DNA from: Sphaerodactylus townsendi | Lineage: Eukaryota | Direction: 5' to 3' | Assembly (NCBI RefSeq): GCF_021028975.2 | Contig: NC_059439.1 | Location: 22,630,001 to 22,664,654 of the forward strand | Length of the DNA: 34,654 bases | In this document: piece after piece, positions 1 through 11,801 of the stretch | Layout of the letters: each line of letters opens with the position of its first letter | Numbering within the stretch: the stretch's first letter is position 1 | Translations under genes and position numbers: made by a program | The notes under the pieces: model-generated | What the model was told of the DNA's origin: nothing | Database searches by the model: none | Seen by the model: only the letters and a program-made list of their open reading frames with translations

Positions 1-1332
1 ATACTTATTTACCAGAAGGGAGAGTACTAAACAGTGATCTGAGGTTGACTTATTTCTACAAAATCCTGCTTGCTCAGGTCCAATGATTTTAGTTTGATCC
101 AGCCAAGTTTGCAATCTAATCAATAATAATTTTGAATAGAGCTTTCCAATTACTGATAGTAGACTAATTGGCCGGTAATTGGAAGGATCAGTAGGGTACT
201 AATACGGCTAATCGCCAGCTGTTTGGGATAGCACCTGTGTTATTAATGATGGTAAACACTGCCTCCAGGAGAGGGGTCCACCACTCCAGATCTGATTTCA
301 AAATCTCCGGGATAATTGAACCTGGACCAGCCGCTTTCCCATTCTTTAGACCACTTATCAGATCAGCAATTTCCTGTACTGAGACAGGGGTCCAGTCAGG
401 CAATTCAAGAGGGTCTACCACTGGGCACGGGGTTTCCAACTCATCAGCATAAAAAAGGTTAGAAAAGTAGCTATGCCAATTAAGTGGGGAAATTGATGAG
501 GATGATGTCAGGCCCACATTACACGGTCCATTAATTAGATACCAGAACTGCTTGGAATTATTTGTTGCGGTCGCATGTAAAAGTTGGTTCCATTTAAGTT
601 GGTTCCATTTTGCTGCTTCTGTTGTATGCAATGTTGGAGACAGCGCTTTAGGTTCTGAAGACTAGCAAGATCCGTGTTGGAATTAGATCTTCTGAATCTC
701 CTATATAGGGACCTTATTTGTTGGTTAATTTTAATACATTCCTTGTCAAACCAGGAATTTTTTGAATTTCTTGTATCTCCTCTGGGATGGTCTTTGCTTA
801 TCAAAGAATTTGTCAATTGGGTAATTAAGTTGTCAAACAGCTCTATCCCCACTCCTGGACTGTTTGCTTTAATTATACCCGATTTTAAATGGGAAATAAA
901 AGGCAATTTTATAAAAGCTTTAAAAGTGGCCTCAGTTTGTGATGACCACTTCAAACGAAAATGTAGATCATTGTTGATGGATTCAGGATTTGTGGTAGAC
1001 TCAACAGAAAGAGAAAACACTAAAGGGAGATGGTCACTCAAGGCATAATCATCGACAACAAACTGGGAAATTGAACCTAAAAGTTGAGGGGAAACAAGGA
1101 CATAATCTATCACACTACAACCATTGGCTGACATAAAAGTAAAGCCATCTGCATTAGAGAACTTTCTCAAACCATTCAACCAAAGTTTGTTGAAACGCAT
1201 AGCAAATTTGGCTAAATTAAGACCTGCAAAATTACTGATTTGATCTTTTGATTGCCGAACTGCAGGAGTAAATAAAAATTGTATTACTTCGGAGTCACAG
1301 GTCACACTGTCCAATAAAGAGTACACACAGTT
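1..1332 (-). mobile_element. RTE-X-like LINE (host copy), ORF2 from the end of the APE endonuclease into the start of RT; frameshifted; runs off the window's left edge
   Basis: ORF 535..1368 has APE C-terminal motifs (FTF..GCSVIDY..SDHLP) and WFDKEC. ORF 188..631 has KQFW, GKAAGP..IPEILK and IPNSW, followed by PSNYRPISLL in a shifted frame. Confidence 0.85.
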
Positions 1333-3487
1333 CAACAGCAAGAAATTCTGGTCAATTGTAAATGGCACTAGTAATCAAAATCACACAACAACTATCACTG
1401 AACAGCAATGGATACAGCATTACTCAACCCTCTTAACCGAACCCAGTAATTTCATTGAAGCGCAAAGCAAACCACAATTAACGGATCTCCCAATGTGGAC
1501 CCCACCAGAGGCAAATGTACTATCGACTATTATAAAAAGTCTCAAGAAAAATAAGACGCCTGGACTGGACGGGATTCCCAGTGAAGTCCTGTCTGAGCAC
1601 ACTGAATGGTGGACCCCAATTTTGGTTAAATTGTTCACTTACATTGACCAATACGGTTCAATTCCGGAGACGTGGTTATCATCAATAATAATACCAATCC
1701 ACAAAAAAAGGACCTGCTTGATCCTGGAAACTTTCGACCAATTAGCCTCCTGTCCATTATTGGGAAGGTTTATACTAAATACCTCGAAAGTAAGTTAAAA
1801 ACATGGATGACTGAAAACAACATCACAGGCCCTGAATAAGCTGGGTTTAAATCTGGAAAATCTACCATGGATCATTGCCTAACCCTCTACACTTTGGCAA
1901 ACAAATATCAATCCAAGGGTCAAGGAAAATTATATGCAGCCTTTTTAGATCTGAGTAGCGCATTTGATACAATTTCCAGAAGTATCCTATGGTCAAAATT
2001 AACTTATCTCCAAATAGAGCCACGATTACTTATGCTTATTCGTAAATTATATAGCAACACCACTTGTCAGGTCAAATTAGATCAAACTGGTACATTATCT
2101 GAAAAAATTCCAATCACCAGAGGGGTTAGACAGGGATGCGTATTGGCACCTCATCTCTTTAATATCTATATAAACGATCGTCAAAACCACCTTAGCAAAG
2201 TGAATGGCCATCCTCCTAAAATTGCACAATGTCCCGTTCCACTCCTTCTCTATGCTGACGATGCTGTTATTTTACCCCAAACATCCATTGGACTCAAAAG
2301 ATATCTAAGAGCTTTTTTTTTTACTACTGTGATCTCAACAAACTAAAACTAAACAGTGAGAAGTCAAAAATAATCGTATTTTCCAAAAACTGGCGTCCTC
2401 TTTCCTGGAAAATCAACAATATTCAGATCGAGCAGGTACAATCCTTTAAATATTTAGGGATCACTTTTCAATACAATCTAAAATGGTCCCTTCATAGATC
2501 CTGCTTAATCTCATCAACCAGACGTACCATGTCTGGCATAATCCAATTTTACTACGGAAAAGGAAACCAATCAGTAAAAGCCATATTAAAAATTTTCCAA
2601 GCAAAGTTGTTGCTTAAAATCCTCTACGGCATCCCAATTTGGATAAGTGATTTCCAACGTGATGTTGAACAAATCCAAGCATATTTTCTGAGAAGGATTT
2701 TGGGAGTCCCGAATAGTGTCACCTATCCAACTTTATGTCTCGAAGTTGGCCTCTCATATGTGGAAACAGAAGCTTGGATTGCCACCATAAAGTATTGGCT
2801 CAAAATACATTTTAGATCACTTGCAGGTGATATAAACTCAAACCTTTTTAAAGACAACTTTCAATTCTACTAGTTCAAAGTCATTGAGAACAAAATCAGA
2901 ACCATAGGATTTGATTTGGACAATGTTGGGACTGATAGTGAACTGCATATTTTCAATCAGATCCGCGAAAGACTGAGGGATCTGGAACATCATCGTTTCG
3001 ATCCAACAAAGGCAGCTGTATGCTCTTCCCGCTCCCTTGGAATACAACCAAGTTACAGAACAAGAGCTAAATATCTCTCATCTCTGTTATCCATTAACCA
3101 ACGTCGTGCATTCATGGTAGCACGCCTCAATATTTTCCCATCAGCGGAAACCTCAGGGAGATACCTCCAGATCCCTAAACATCAGAGACTATGCCATTGC
3201 GGATGTGGATCTATAGAAACCATAACTCATATTCTTCTGGAATGCTGTTTTCACAGTGACCTGCACATGATTTTAATTCACCCTCTGTTGCTTCCAAGAC
3301 TTGAGCACTCCAAGTTCCAGGCCACTCGCTTTCTGCTAAGCGACTGTAATCCATCGATCACCTTGGCAGTGGCTAAATTCTTGGAAAGCATTTTAAACAC
3401 CCGTATTTAAATGTTGTAAAAGTTTTCTCTTTTAAATAGAAATAATTTATATGCCATTAAAGGTTAAAAAATGAAAAAAATGAAAAT
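1333..3487 (+). mobile_element. 5'-truncated RTE-X-like LINE nested antisense in the host LINE; degenerate ORF2 (RT + C-terminal CCHC)
   Basis: Motifs KTPGLDGIP, FLDLSSAFD, GVRQGCVLAPHLFNIY, LLYADD and LCHCGCGSIETITHILLEC. ATTAAA is followed by an (A)nTG tail at ~3465-3488. A 14-bp TSD GAGTACACACAGTT lies at 1319-1332 and 3488-3501. Confidence 0.9.
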
Positions 3488-3963
3488 GAGTACACACAGT
3501 TGCCCACTCTAGCATTAAAATCACCAGCCAAAATTATTTCAATAGAGGGAAAGTTGTTTTCCAGATCTTCAACGTAAGTAATGAAATTTTCCCAAGTTCT
3601 CAACAGCATACCATGAGTTAAGCCTGTGGGTGTATAAACATTTACTATGATCCAAGAAGACTTTCCTAGATGAATTTTGATGGCTTGTGCTACAGGGGGA
3701 CAGCTTGGTAAAACTGCGAAGTTGATATATTTGGAAACTAGAATAGTTAAACCACCAGAAGGGTGTCCATATTTTTTTACTCTAGAAGTGCTAAGGCAGT
3801 GTGAGCGATAACCATTAAGGGTTATATCAGTAGATGCCCAAGTTTCTTGAAGTAGGATCAAATCAAACTTTCTCAAATAGGAAATAAAACCAGGATTGAT
3901 ACTCCTCCTGCTCCAACCAGCAACATTCCAGGAGAGGAATTCAATACTTGGGGAATATCTCAG
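3488..3963 (-). mobile_element. Host RTE-X-like LINE, N-terminal APE endonuclease of ORF2
   Basis: Frame reads FLSWNVAGW...DLILLQETW...SGGL...IVNVY...ILAGDFNARVG and rejoins ORF 535..1368 in frame across the TSD (NCVYS). Confidence 0.88.
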
Positions 3964-4560
3964 TCAATTACCATCACCTAGGGACACAATATCAGTTACA
4001 TTTTGTTGAATACAACCATTTTTAAATTAACCAAATTAGCTGATGGTGGAGACAAAATTGTGTCAGACCTAGCATTTCTCGTATGATGGACAATAGCCTT
4101 TGTTGGAAGCTTAAATACAGTATCTGGAGAGACAGCAGAAGGATTTGATGAACTTGGAGACCGGTTTGTGTTTGAACAAGACACTTCCTTATCTAAGTTC
4201 AGCCCATCAGGAGCCTTCATGATATTAATGAATTGTAATCTAGTTCCTTCCAGTCTGTCAACCACATTTTTCTGTTCCTCCGATGATAGTAATCTGAAGT
4301 CAGCAAGGGCCTCTTGTACTAAGTTAGCTGGCATCAGTGAAGGAGACAGTGGCATCAGTAAAGGAGACAAGGTCATCAGAGAGTCCTGAAGATCTTTACT
4401 GTAACTATCCACAGAGGGACAATTATTATCCATTGGAGCTGAAAGTTCAGCCAGCTCCTGCGCCCACGTTTTCTCTTTGGGCTTTGTGGTTGAGTCAGTT
4501 TGAAGCACTTTAGTAGATCTTAAGTCAATTTCAAACTCAATTGGGCCCATCTTATCAGAC
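3964..4560 (-). mobile_element. Host LINE ORF1 C-terminal part (5'-truncated)
   Basis: A 184-aa S/P-rich ORF (3996..4550) sits directly upstream of the APE domain on the same strand. The call rests on position, not on a recognised domain. Confidence 0.65.
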
Positions 4561-4869
4561 AGCTTCCCCCCCCCCTTTACTTATGGGCACACAAATTGCT
4601 TCATTAGGAGAGTTATCTGGAGAACAGTAACTTTGAATTACAGGATTATAGGCAAGTGAGTCCCACTAGGCAGTAGGCAGCCCTACATCTTTAACTTGAG
4701 TATCCCTACACATGAAGATTCTTTACATTAGAATTGTATATAGTGTCAAATTCAAAGTAAAAATGAAGTTGTCACTTTGACCCAAGCATTAAATTTCAAA
4801 AGATGTACTGGTTATTCAAACAGTCTTTTAGTGCAACTGTACACAATCTTACATTAACCCCATGCCCAA

Positions 4870-4960
4870 AATGAAGACACCCAAAATTTCAGCCTGAAAC
4901 TCTGGACCAATTTGGCAAGACTGTGAATATAGATGTTGAATAGCATTTGGGAGAGATTTC
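4870..4960 (-). mobile_element. Old L2 LINE RT relic
   Basis: Translates as LSQMLFNIYIHSLAKLVQSF, resembling the L2 LSPxLFNIYMxPL motif. Confidence 0.5.
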
Positions 4961-5264
4961 TTTTCAGGAGACATCTAGGATATATCAAAGTTGTCAAAAA
5001 ATATTTCAAGGTCACCCTGTGCTTCATTGGATTTATTTTAATCTTATATTGCAAAATCCAAAGAAATACATGAAAACATAAATAAACACATTGAGAATTA
5101 ACCATCAACAAAATATCATATACCTATTTTGTTTGACATAGTAGTAATCACTTTATAAGCTTACCACATCCAAGTAGAGATGTGTAAGATATCATTGCAA
5201 TGGAAGAACATTGTTTGCAATTGTATGTGATATCAACTAGACGGAATGAGTGGAATTCCTGTTT

Positions 5265-6194
5265 CTACAGGGCACACTTCTTTTTTAGCAGTTTCTGCAA
5301 GCCTTCCTTGAAGTCCTTGTTTCTCAAGCTATAAATGATAGGATTGAGAAGTGGTGTAACAACAGTGTAAAATATGGAGACAACTTTATTGAGCTCTGAG
5401 GAGAGGCTAGCACTGGGCCGAACATACATAGAGATCATGGTGCCGTAATATATCACCACCACAGCCAGATGAGAACCACAAGTGGAGAAAGTCTTTTTCC
5501 TCCCAGAAACAGATGGGATTTTCAGGATTGTCATGATAATGAAAGCATAAGACACCAGGGTAAGCAAGAAGCAAGTGAAAAGGACCAATATTGAGAGCAC
5601 AAATATAGTTATCTCTGTGATGAAAGTCTCAGAACAGGAGAGCTTCAGCAAAGGTGGAATGTCACAGAAGAAGTGATTGATTTTGTTGGATCTGCAGAAA
5701 CTTAGTTTGGAGATCATCAGAGATGGAAGCAGTCCTGTGAAGAGACCAACCACCCAAGACCCTACTGCTAAACGACAGCAGAAACGTGTGTTCATAGCTA
5801 CTGTGTAATGCAGTGGGTCACAGATTGCCAGGTACCGGTCATATGCCATCACAGCCAGGAGAAAGCATTCTGTCGCCCCGAAGAAGACAAAGCAATAGAG
5901 TTGTGTCATGCACCCAGTGAAAGAGATAGTTTTATTCTCTATGATCAGACTGCTCAGCATCTTGGGGACTATGGTGGTGGTATACCAGATCTCTAAAAAA
6001 GAAAGATTTTGGAGGAAAGTATACATAGGAGAATGAAGACCTGGCTCCAGCTTGACTACCGAAATGATGACCACATTTCCTGTGATAGTTAAGATGTAAA
6101 TAACTAAGAACATAATGAAAAGTAGAGTCTGCCATCCTGGAAGACTGTTGAAGCCCAGAAATTGGAATTCAGACATAGTGCTGTAGTTGGTCAT
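5265..6194 (-). CDS. Olfactory receptor, class II, OR11L1-like (309 aa from first ATG)
   Basis: Intact 7TM ORF with N-glycosylation site NYS, GN, LHSPMYxFL, MAYDRYLAIC, HFFCD, KTFSTCGSHL and [14 protein letters not shown]. It closely resembles OR11L1 (e.g. LPSLMIS, YYGTMISMYV). The track start at 6203 is GTG; the first ATG is at 6194. Confidence 0.95.
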   Translation of the reverse strand: MTNYSTMSEFQFLGFNSLPGWQTLLFIMFLVIYILTITGNVVIISVVKLEPGLHSPMYTFLQNLSFLEIWYTTTIVPKMLSSLIIENKTISFTGCMTQLYCFVFFGATECFLLAVMAYDRYLAICDPLHYTVAMNTRFCCRLAVGSWVVGLFTGLLPSLMISKLSFCRSNKINHFFCDIPPLLKLSCSETFITEITIFVLSILVLFTCFLLTLVSYAFIIMTILKIPSVSGRKKTFSTCGSHLAVVVIYYGTMISMYVRPSASLSSELNKVVSIFYTVVTPLLNPIIYSLRNKDFKEGLQKLLKKKCAL

Positions 6195-6802
6195 TTCCTT
6201 CACTAGTGCTCCTGCTGATATACGTTAGTCATAAATTCTGCCATGAATGATATTGCAGAATATTTGGTCTTCTTTCTAGAAAGAAAGACAGTTCAATGGA
6301 AGCCGTAGTAGCAATAACAGTGCAATAACATTTATGAAGCTATTTACTGAATTGCATCCTATGCTACCAAAAATTCAATTTTAAGACTAGAAAAAGAAAA
6401 GGGAATTGTAGTGATATATGGACTTTGTTGGACCTCTAGCAAACTGAAAGGCTTGTTGTGAAGGAAGCCAAGTTTTCCTCCTAACATCTGATGAATGAAA
6501 TTAATCCTTCTGGACTTGAGTGTCCCATTTTCCTTTCATGTTCAACGTCCACTAGTTTGAATTACTTCAAGAAATATTACTTCATGAGATGTAACTCTTT
6601 CATGGCAATAGATATATCACCATGTCTTTGCTCATAAATTTTATAAGTTAATTTTGTGTTGTGTAAAACTGTCGCATGAAGTTGTACTTCTTTTCTTCTG
6701 CATTGGTAGAAAAGGGAACAAATTGCCTTTAAACTAGTGGCACTGGATGGACTAATGGTAACAAAATCTGCATGTCTGGACCATAAAGACAGTGGCCACA
6801 TT

Positions 6803-7199
6803 GAGCTGCTGTGTGGTTTTTGAGCTGTATGGCCGTGTCCTAGCAGCATTCTCTCCTGACATTTTGCCTGCATCTGTCGCTGGCATCTTCAGAGGATCTG
6901 ATAGTTGGAAAGGAAAGCAAGTGGAGTATATATACCTGTGAGTAAAGGTCAATAGGTGAGGGCATCTGAATAGGAGTGGCCTGGCAACTGAGAATTCAGA
7001 TGTCCTCACCTATTGACCTTTACTCACAGGTATATATATATACTCCACTTGCTTTGCTTTCCAACTATCAGATCCTCTGAAGATGCCAGCCACAGATGCA
7101 GGTGAAACGTCAAGAGAAAATGCTGCTAGAACATGGTCATACAGCCCAGAAACCACACAGCACCCCAGTGATTCCAGCCGTGAAAGCCTTCGACAATAT
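6803..7199 (+). mobile_element. Penelope-like (Poseidon-type) element: pLTR-only insertion with inverted arm
   Basis: Arms 6807-6971 and 6994-7162 are inverted copies, and a ~37-nt tail is present only on the right arm. A 12-bp TSD AGTGGCCACATT lies at 6791-6802 and 7200-7211. It shares sequence with the GIY-YIG-bearing copy at 10047-10591. Confidence 0.85.
7073..7115 (+). ncRNA. Minimal type I hammerhead ribozyme of Penelope pLTR (stem I mismatch)
   Basis: tcct-CTGAAGA-tgcc...ggt-GAAA-CGTC-aaga. The core is intact, with one mismatch in stem I. Confidence 0.65.
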
Positions 7200-7221
7200 A
7201 GTGGCCACATTTTTTGAAGTT

Positions 7222-7780
7222 GTAGAGTAGTGGTTAAGAGCAGGTAGATTCTAATCTGGAGAACCAGGTTTGTTTTCCCACTCCTTCACATGAGCAGTGG
7301 ACTCTTATCTGGTGAACTGAATTTGTTTCTCCATTCCTATACTCCTGCTGGGTGACCTTGGGTTAGTTGCAGTTTTTCAGAACTCTCTCAACCCCACTTT
7401 ACTCACAAGGTGTGTGTTGTGGAGAGAGGAAAGAAAAAGGAGTTTGTAAGCACCTTTGAATCTCCTTATAGTCGACTATACAATATGGAACCCAATGGAG
7501 CAGCTTAATTTTTGGCTAATCGTCTGTTTAGTTATCTAATGCTGCTGGGGAATATGATATAAACAATCACTTAAGTCTATGTTGGATAGTTAAGTGTAAC
7601 TGAGATTTTTTTTTCTTTCTCACTCTGTATTTTGGTCCTTTTTCCCCTCTCTTTATCCTATCCTTTTATACATAAGTTTTGAAATGGAATGTACAGAAAT
7701 GGAAATAAATGCTATTAAAATAAAATTTTAAAAAGGAGAGAAAAGTTTGTGGGGGTATAAATCCAAATTCTGCTTCTCTT
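7222..7780 (+). mobile_element. Squam3-like tRNA-derived SINE, interrupted at ~7471-7735 by an AT-rich insert (possible L1/Tx1 3' end)
   Basis: A-box GTAGTGGTTAAGAGC, then CTAATCTGGAGAAC, GGGTGACCTTGG and CACAAGGTG..TGTTGTGG. The tail GGGGTATAAATCCAAA resumes at ~7750. The insert ends in AATAAA plus an A-rich run. Confidence 0.75.
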
Positions 7781-8063
7781 CATCAATTTACTTTCTATTG
7801 GGGATCCACCTATGTGAATCTGAACTCAGAGGGTGACAGAGAATGGGATTCATCTAATTTTTTTTTGCCTTATATTGTTATACTCTTACCATAGCCCTGT
7901 ACCATATGTCTGATTACAATGCAGATCACATAATTTTCATCACAGCATTTTTTTTCCAGTTTGCATCTGTTTTATTCATTCATTTTTATAGCAACAATCG
8001 TGCCAAAAATCATCAGGTCCATATGGAACACTGATATCATCCATATTAATATCTTAATGCAAA

Positions 8064-8264
8064 CTAGATTTGCCAACCTCTGGGTGGGCACTGGAAATCT
8101 CCCAGAGTTACAACGGATCTCCAGATGACATAGAGCAGCTCCCCAGGAGAATATGGCTTCTTTTGAGGGTAGAGTCTGGTATTGTAGCCCACTGAAGTCC
8201 CTCCTCTCCTAAAATTCCCTCTCCAAATACCCAGGCATTTCACAATCAAGAGTTGCCCACCCTG
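8064..8264. mobile_element. Old non-autonomous DNA transposon (hAT-like, YAGGGTTGCCA-type TIR)
   Basis: Degenerate TIRs TAGATTTGCCAAC...GTTGCCCACCCTG. The internal sequence is shared with 26179-26390. Confidence 0.55.
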
Positions 8265-10046
8265 GTACAAAGGATACCCATAATTAGACCCTTTGAAGGT
8301 AACACAGTTCAAGATGTGAACCTTTGAGTTTCACAAGACAAAAGAACTATTTAATAGGAAAGCCTAAGTATTGCAGTCATCTTCACAATCCCAAATAAAT
8401 AAGAGCCATATGTGTAAAGACTGACCACTGATGGAAATGTTGGTAGCAAGGTTAAAAACAGCAACAACTCACCAGTGAAATTAATATCAAAATTGCCTTC
8501 CAAAGGAGGAGGAGAAAAAACAACAGCTTGCTTATCAACATGGTTTGATCACATATCAAAAATCCACTCAATTCTGTAGCTCATTTAATCAGGTTCCCAG
8601 TGCTGCAAAATATACCAAGTGGAGTTCAAGGCTGTCTTCTATCACTGCTCAGTGCTTCTGGTAGCAGATGCAGAAATGTTGTGACATTCAATCCTGGGAT
8701 GACACCTGTGGGATTGGAAGAATCCTCCAGATGCCCATCAAGAAAATTAGAACAGGGCCTAGTGGAACTCCCTGTTGAAGGAGACTTGAGGCCTGTGGAA
8801 TCTGGCTTAATTCCACAGGGCCTGCAAGACACATATGTTCCACCAGGTCCATGGTTGAGGCAGTGACAACTGTGTCTTAGCGTCTTAGCTGGCCTCCCTA
8901 TAACCCAAAGTGATAAGGTATGTTCCCTTTTGAATGAAGAGTTAGTGGGAGCACAACTTGTGCTGAAAGAGGGAGTAACTAGTTTGCCACCTGAGTTTAT
9001 AAAGGTTTTCCTCCATCAGAAAACTGCAGTTGTAGGGGAAGTAAAATTTAACTATTTTTGTTGAAAAAACATTATAAACTTACAAACACACAAATGGTAA
9101 AATAGAAGGACACGGAGAACATCAAGAGTCCTAGGATTTAGAAAGAGGTGACGGGATAGGTTTGGAAAAGAGTAGGCCATGTGGACTGAGTGATAATTAC
9201 CTATCTTGAAGATAAAAGGTCCAAAAGGGTGGAGTCCTATGCCTGCATTGAATTTTGAGAAGTAAAGGAGCACTGGGCACAATATAACTAGATCAGAGTT
9301 CAGAAAACACTGAACAAAGACTGCAGTGTAGGCAGCCCAGTTATAGGAAAAACTGGCCCTCCAGCAATGTTAAGGGAGCTAACCTTCCCAAACAAAGTTT
9401 CTGTCCTCTGAGAGAGGACATAATGCAGTGGACAATGGCTTCATGAATCAAAGTCAGGGAACATTCAGTGGTTGATTAGATTTAGATTGGAACTGATGAA
9501 ATCACATTTCTGGGGTATTCCAATTCTCCTAGATCTAACGATGGTCTTTTCAAGAGTGGGCGGATCACTGCCTCCTACAACCCACCCAGAAAGACTCCTT
9601 GTTCAAGAGAGCCATTCAACAGGTGGGGTCGTAACTCCTCCCAGCAAGTTTGAATAAGCCAGGAGGGGCACGGATCCAGAGGACAAGTAGTAGGTCTAAC
9701 AGCAGCCAAGGCCCCGTCAACAGCAGCTTCGGAGAGCAGGGAAAACTGGGCCAAACAAAGGCCTGAAGATGCTAAGGGAGCCTCCAGTTCACTAATTGTA
9801 GACAATGTGGCGGGAAGGTCCTGGCGAAGCAACATGACTTTATCTGCAAAAAAGCTCAAAAATGCCTTACAGCTAATAGCCAATTAAGAATTTGCAGAAC
9901 CCTCCGATAAAGAGATTAACAACCGAATCACACAGAACAATTGTGCCAGGCGAAAGCTAGCAGATGCGAGAGGAGGAGGAGAAGAAAGCCCTCTTCGGCT
10001 CCTTTGTCACCATCTCATAGGCTTTCATAAACGTTCTATATAATGT

Positions 10047-10591
10047 ATTGTCGAAGGCTTTCACGGCCGGAATCACTTGGGTGCTGTGTGGTTTCCGGGC
10101 TGTATGGCCGTGTTCTAGCAGCATTCTCTCCTGACGTTTCGCCTGCATCTGTGGCTGGCATCTTCAGAGGATCTGATGTTGGAAAAGCAAGTGGAGTATA
10201 TATCTGTCCAAGGTGTGTGGGGAGTGTCCAGGGTGGGTGGGGAAACCTTGTCTATGAGTAACAAAGGCGGCAACCAGGTCAATAGTTGAGGGCATCTGAA
10301 TAGAAGTATGAGTAACAATGAAGACTATAGCCTGGGAGTAACCCTGTAGATAGCAAGGTCACTGGTGGGAGCATCTGAATAGAAGTATCCTGGCCTGTTT
10401 CTTTTGTCTATGGTCATCCTGTGTTTGTGTGGAGCTGGTTTGACACAGTCTTGACCCTAGTATTTTTCAACACTGGCAGCCAAGTTCTGTTCATTTTCAG
10501 AGTTTCTTCCTTCCTGTTAAAATTGTCCATGTGCTTATGGATTTCAATTGCTTCTCTGTGTAGTCTGACGTAGTGGCCACACAGCACCCAA
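10047..10591 (-). mobile_element. 5'-truncated Penelope-like (Poseidon-type) element inserted in L2
   Basis: Minus strand encodes the GIY-YIG C-terminus (HYVRLHREAIEIHKHMDNFNRKEETLKMNRTWLPVLK), then the pLTR with a hammerhead. A short inverted pLTR piece (CCACACAGCACCCA) lies at the 5' junction. A 14-bp TSD GTTCTATATAATGT lies at 10033-10046 and 10592-10605. Confidence 0.9.
10129..10171 (-). ncRNA. Minimal type I hammerhead ribozyme (intact core)
   Basis: Minus strand reads UCCU-CUGAAGA-U-GCC(loop)GGC-GAAA-CGUC-AGGA: stem I UCCU/AGGA, stem II GCC/GGC and a GUC cleavage triplet. Confidence 0.78.
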
Positions 10592-11801
10592 GTTCTATAT
10601 AATGTTCACGCAGCTTCATCACAAGATTTCCTCCACACTCGCTCCAGATGTTTGAGCACCCGTTTCATATGGCGGAGTTTCATAGTATACCACAGGACCC
10701 ACCGAGACCGGGGACGCAGAGGACACTGGGAGCAACAACCTCGATGGCATTGGAGAGCTGAGAATTCCAATTCTCCACCTGCTCATCGAGTGTGCTGGTG
10801 GGTTCAGGATCCTGCAGAGCATTCAGGAAATCAATTGGATCCATAAGTCTCCGCAGGCAGGCAGAAATCAGCCCATCGCCTAGACAGGGGTGGCGTGGCA
10901 GGTCCATCTGAACCTTCAGGACATAATGGTTGGATCATGGCACTCTATCTACAGAGGATACAACCATATCAACCCCTGACCCAAAGACCAAGTCCAGCGT
11001 GTGACCGGCCTCGTGAGTGCGACCATAAATTACTAAGAAGAAACCCAGTGTTGCCATGGATGACACTAGGTCCACAACCACTGCACATGAGGTGGTGTCG
11101 ACATGGATGTTGAAGTCGCCCATGACAACAAGTCTAGGGAACTGCAACGCCCAGTCTGCCACCACCTCCAGCAGCCATGGCAGGCCATTCCGGGGTGCGC
11201 TAGGTGACCAGTACACCAGAAGGACCGCCAACCTCTCCAAGGCCAGCCACTCTAGGCCGACACACTCCATGCCGGTGATCTCCAGGACAGGGACAGCCCT
11301 ATAGGGGATAGAATCATGGATGAACATTGCCAACCCACCCCTCCCCCCGCCCTGTGTTCGAGACTGGTGGAGGTGCGTGAAACCTGTTGGCGCGACCTTG
11401 CCCAAGGCGACAGTCTCGCCTTCATGCACCCAGGTTTCGGTGACACAAGCCAGGTCCATCTGCTGGTCTCCAAAAAAATCCCAGAGCACTGCTGTCTTAT
11501 TATTGATGGACCTGGCATTTGTCAACACCAGAGATGAAGCAGGGTGCCCCTGTACCCAACCACCTTCGTTCCTTGGGATAGGACGGAGGTCAGAAGGCGA
11601 ACGAGCATATCCATATCTCCTCCGTCTTCTACCATGTGGTCACCGCCTACCATCATATTCACCCCGTCCCATCAATACTGGGATCCCCAGCCCCATGAAT
11701 GGTGCCCCCATATCACTGCCATCCCCCTCTATCAAATAGCCCAACTAGAACACTCCACAACAAGTGGGCCCAGTCTTGCCACTAACTAACACCCACTAAC
11801 C

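Larger units (their letters stand above)
9515..11793 (-). mobile_element. L2 LINE, degenerate ORF2 (APE to start of RT), 3'-truncated, interrupted by a Penelope insertion
   Basis: Motifs LTNARSINNK, CVTETW, GGLA, MGDFNIH, THEAGHTLDLVF, TTCPLDPCPSWL and VIRPLLKRPSLD. Confidence 0.88.

Noticed and set aside
10571-10581. TAGTGGCCACA, identical to sequence at the TSD of the 6803-7199 element
   Set aside because: It is explained as the chance junction of Penelope ORF sequence (GTAGTGG) with the inverted arm (CCACAC), so it is no evidence of target specificity.
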